This document shows, one piece after another, positions 24,285 through 25,165 of a DNA stretch of 25,165 nucleotides; within the stretch, counting starts at the first letter, position 1; the number at the start of each line of letters is the position of its first letter. Position numbers and translations under genes: made by a program. Location of the stretch: the IMG/VR virus record IMGVR_UViG_3300037791_000057, positions 1 through 25,165 of that record, one strand, 5' to 3'. The notes under the pieces are model-generated. The model was not told the origin of the DNA. It was given only the letters and a program-made list of their open reading frames with translations, and did not search any database. This DNA is from a virus. Taxonomy: Duplodnaviria; Caudoviricetes.

Positions 24285-25165
24285 ATGTCTACCGGCGCGA
24301 GACACTCGACCAACGCCGGGGGAAGGACACGGTTGCTGACATCTGGGAGGCTTACCGCCAAGACCTTGGAGAAAAGCCCACAGCCAAGACGATGGGCTAC
24401 ACCGGGAAGGCTGTTCTAGCGCACTTCGGTGCATATCGTCCCGATCAGATCACCACGTCCCTCTGCCGCAAGTATGTGACCAATCGCACTGCCGACGGTA
24501 AATCGCAGGGCACAATTCACACAGAACTCGGGCACCTGCGCAGCGCAATGCGCTTTGCCGTGAAAGAGCGGATCATCGACAAGGCCCCATCCATCGAGCG
24601 CCCGGCCAAGCCGACACCAAAAGAACGGTATCTGGAAAAGGAAGAAATCGCGGCCCTGATCGACGCAGCATCCGCGCCACATATCGCCCTAGCTATCCAC
24701 CTGCTCTTCGCAACTGCAGGGCGGATCGGTGCCGTTCTGGACCTGACATGGGACCGGGTAGACTTCCAGCGCGGGATCATCAATCTGCGCCTTGACGACT
24801 CTAAGACCCGCAAGGGCCGTGCCATTGTCCCGATGAACTCTGGGATCCGGGCCGCGCTCCAAACCGCTCATGACGCCGCACTCAGCGACTATGTGGTCGA
24901 ATATGCTGGCGGCAAGGTGAAGAACATTCGGAAAGGGTTTGAGGCGGCCTGCCGTAGAGCCGAACTTGACGGAGTGACCCTGCACACGATTCGGCATTCC
25001 AGCGCGGTTGCTATGGTATCAAACGGCGTGCCGCTGGAGAAGGTTGCACAATACCTCGGGCACTCCAACGTTGCCATCACCTACCAGACATACGCGAGAT
25101 TTGCACCCGATCACCTGCAAGATGCAGCCGAGATCCTAGACTTCGTTCAAATCAGGGAGGCGTGA
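24161..25165 (+). CDS. int: Tyrosine integrase
   Basis: Catalytic R (TAGR), K (KTRK), HTIR, LGHS and Y; start MPDISIG after GGAGG/GGAG; 334 aa. Confidence 0.96.
   Translation: MPDISIGRFRGGFCVYWHEGGKRRRYSLKARTREEAEPEAIDVYRRETLDQRRGKDTVADIWEAYRQDLGEKPTAKTMGYTGKAVLAHFGAYRPDQITTSLCRKYVTNRTADGKSQGTIHTELGHLRSAMRFAVKERIIDKAPSIERPAKPTPKERYLEKEEIAALIDAASAPHIALAIHLLFATAGRIGAVLDLTWDRVDFQRGIINLRLDDSKTRKGRAIVPMNSGIRAALQTAHDAALSDYVVEYAGGKVKNIRKGFEAACRRAELDGVTLHTIRHSSAVAMVSNGVPLEKVAQYLGHSNVAITYQTYARFAPDHLQDAAEILDFVQIREA

Larger units (their letters stand above)
1..25165. mobile_element. Temperate lambdoid/HK97-like prophage (partial; tail end, lysis genes and att sites outside the window)
   Basis: Contiguous tail-head-packaging-replication-cro/cI-recombination-xis/int gene order with many stop/start overlaps. 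Confidence 0.97.

Overview
A GC-rich temperate prophage with lambda/HK97-like gene order and a non-contractile-tail morphogenesis set. An alphaproteobacterial host (Rhodobacterales-like) is inferred from gene content and a cuckoo-like motif, not proven. The minus strand carries late genes (tail assembly chaperones, tail tube, neck, capsid, ClpP-type protease, portal, terminases, HNH), a structured non-coding late leader, and an early module (putative late regulator, SSB, replication initiator with internal iterons, GIY-YIG, RusA-like, MT-A70 methyltransferase, CII-like, Cro). The plus strand carries a CI repressor, a RhuM-family cargo gene, a recombination arm (RecT, NinB-like, HNHs), an excisionase and a tyrosine integrase. 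Tape measure, lysis genes and att sites are outside the window. The most unusual signal is a 130-nt tRNA-shaped RNA (10187-10316, minus) with an 8-bp acceptor stem, D and T arms and a 77-nt insert replacing the anticodon arm. It sits in a promoter-terminator-structured-leader cassette behind an unrecognised Q-position gene. Other notable signals are a correctly phased -1 frameshift site in the tail chaperone, a possible pseudoknot at the chaperone RBS, four 15-bp operators and a CCUCCUCCC-loop hairpin. All calls come from reading the sequence; no searches or folding programs were run.
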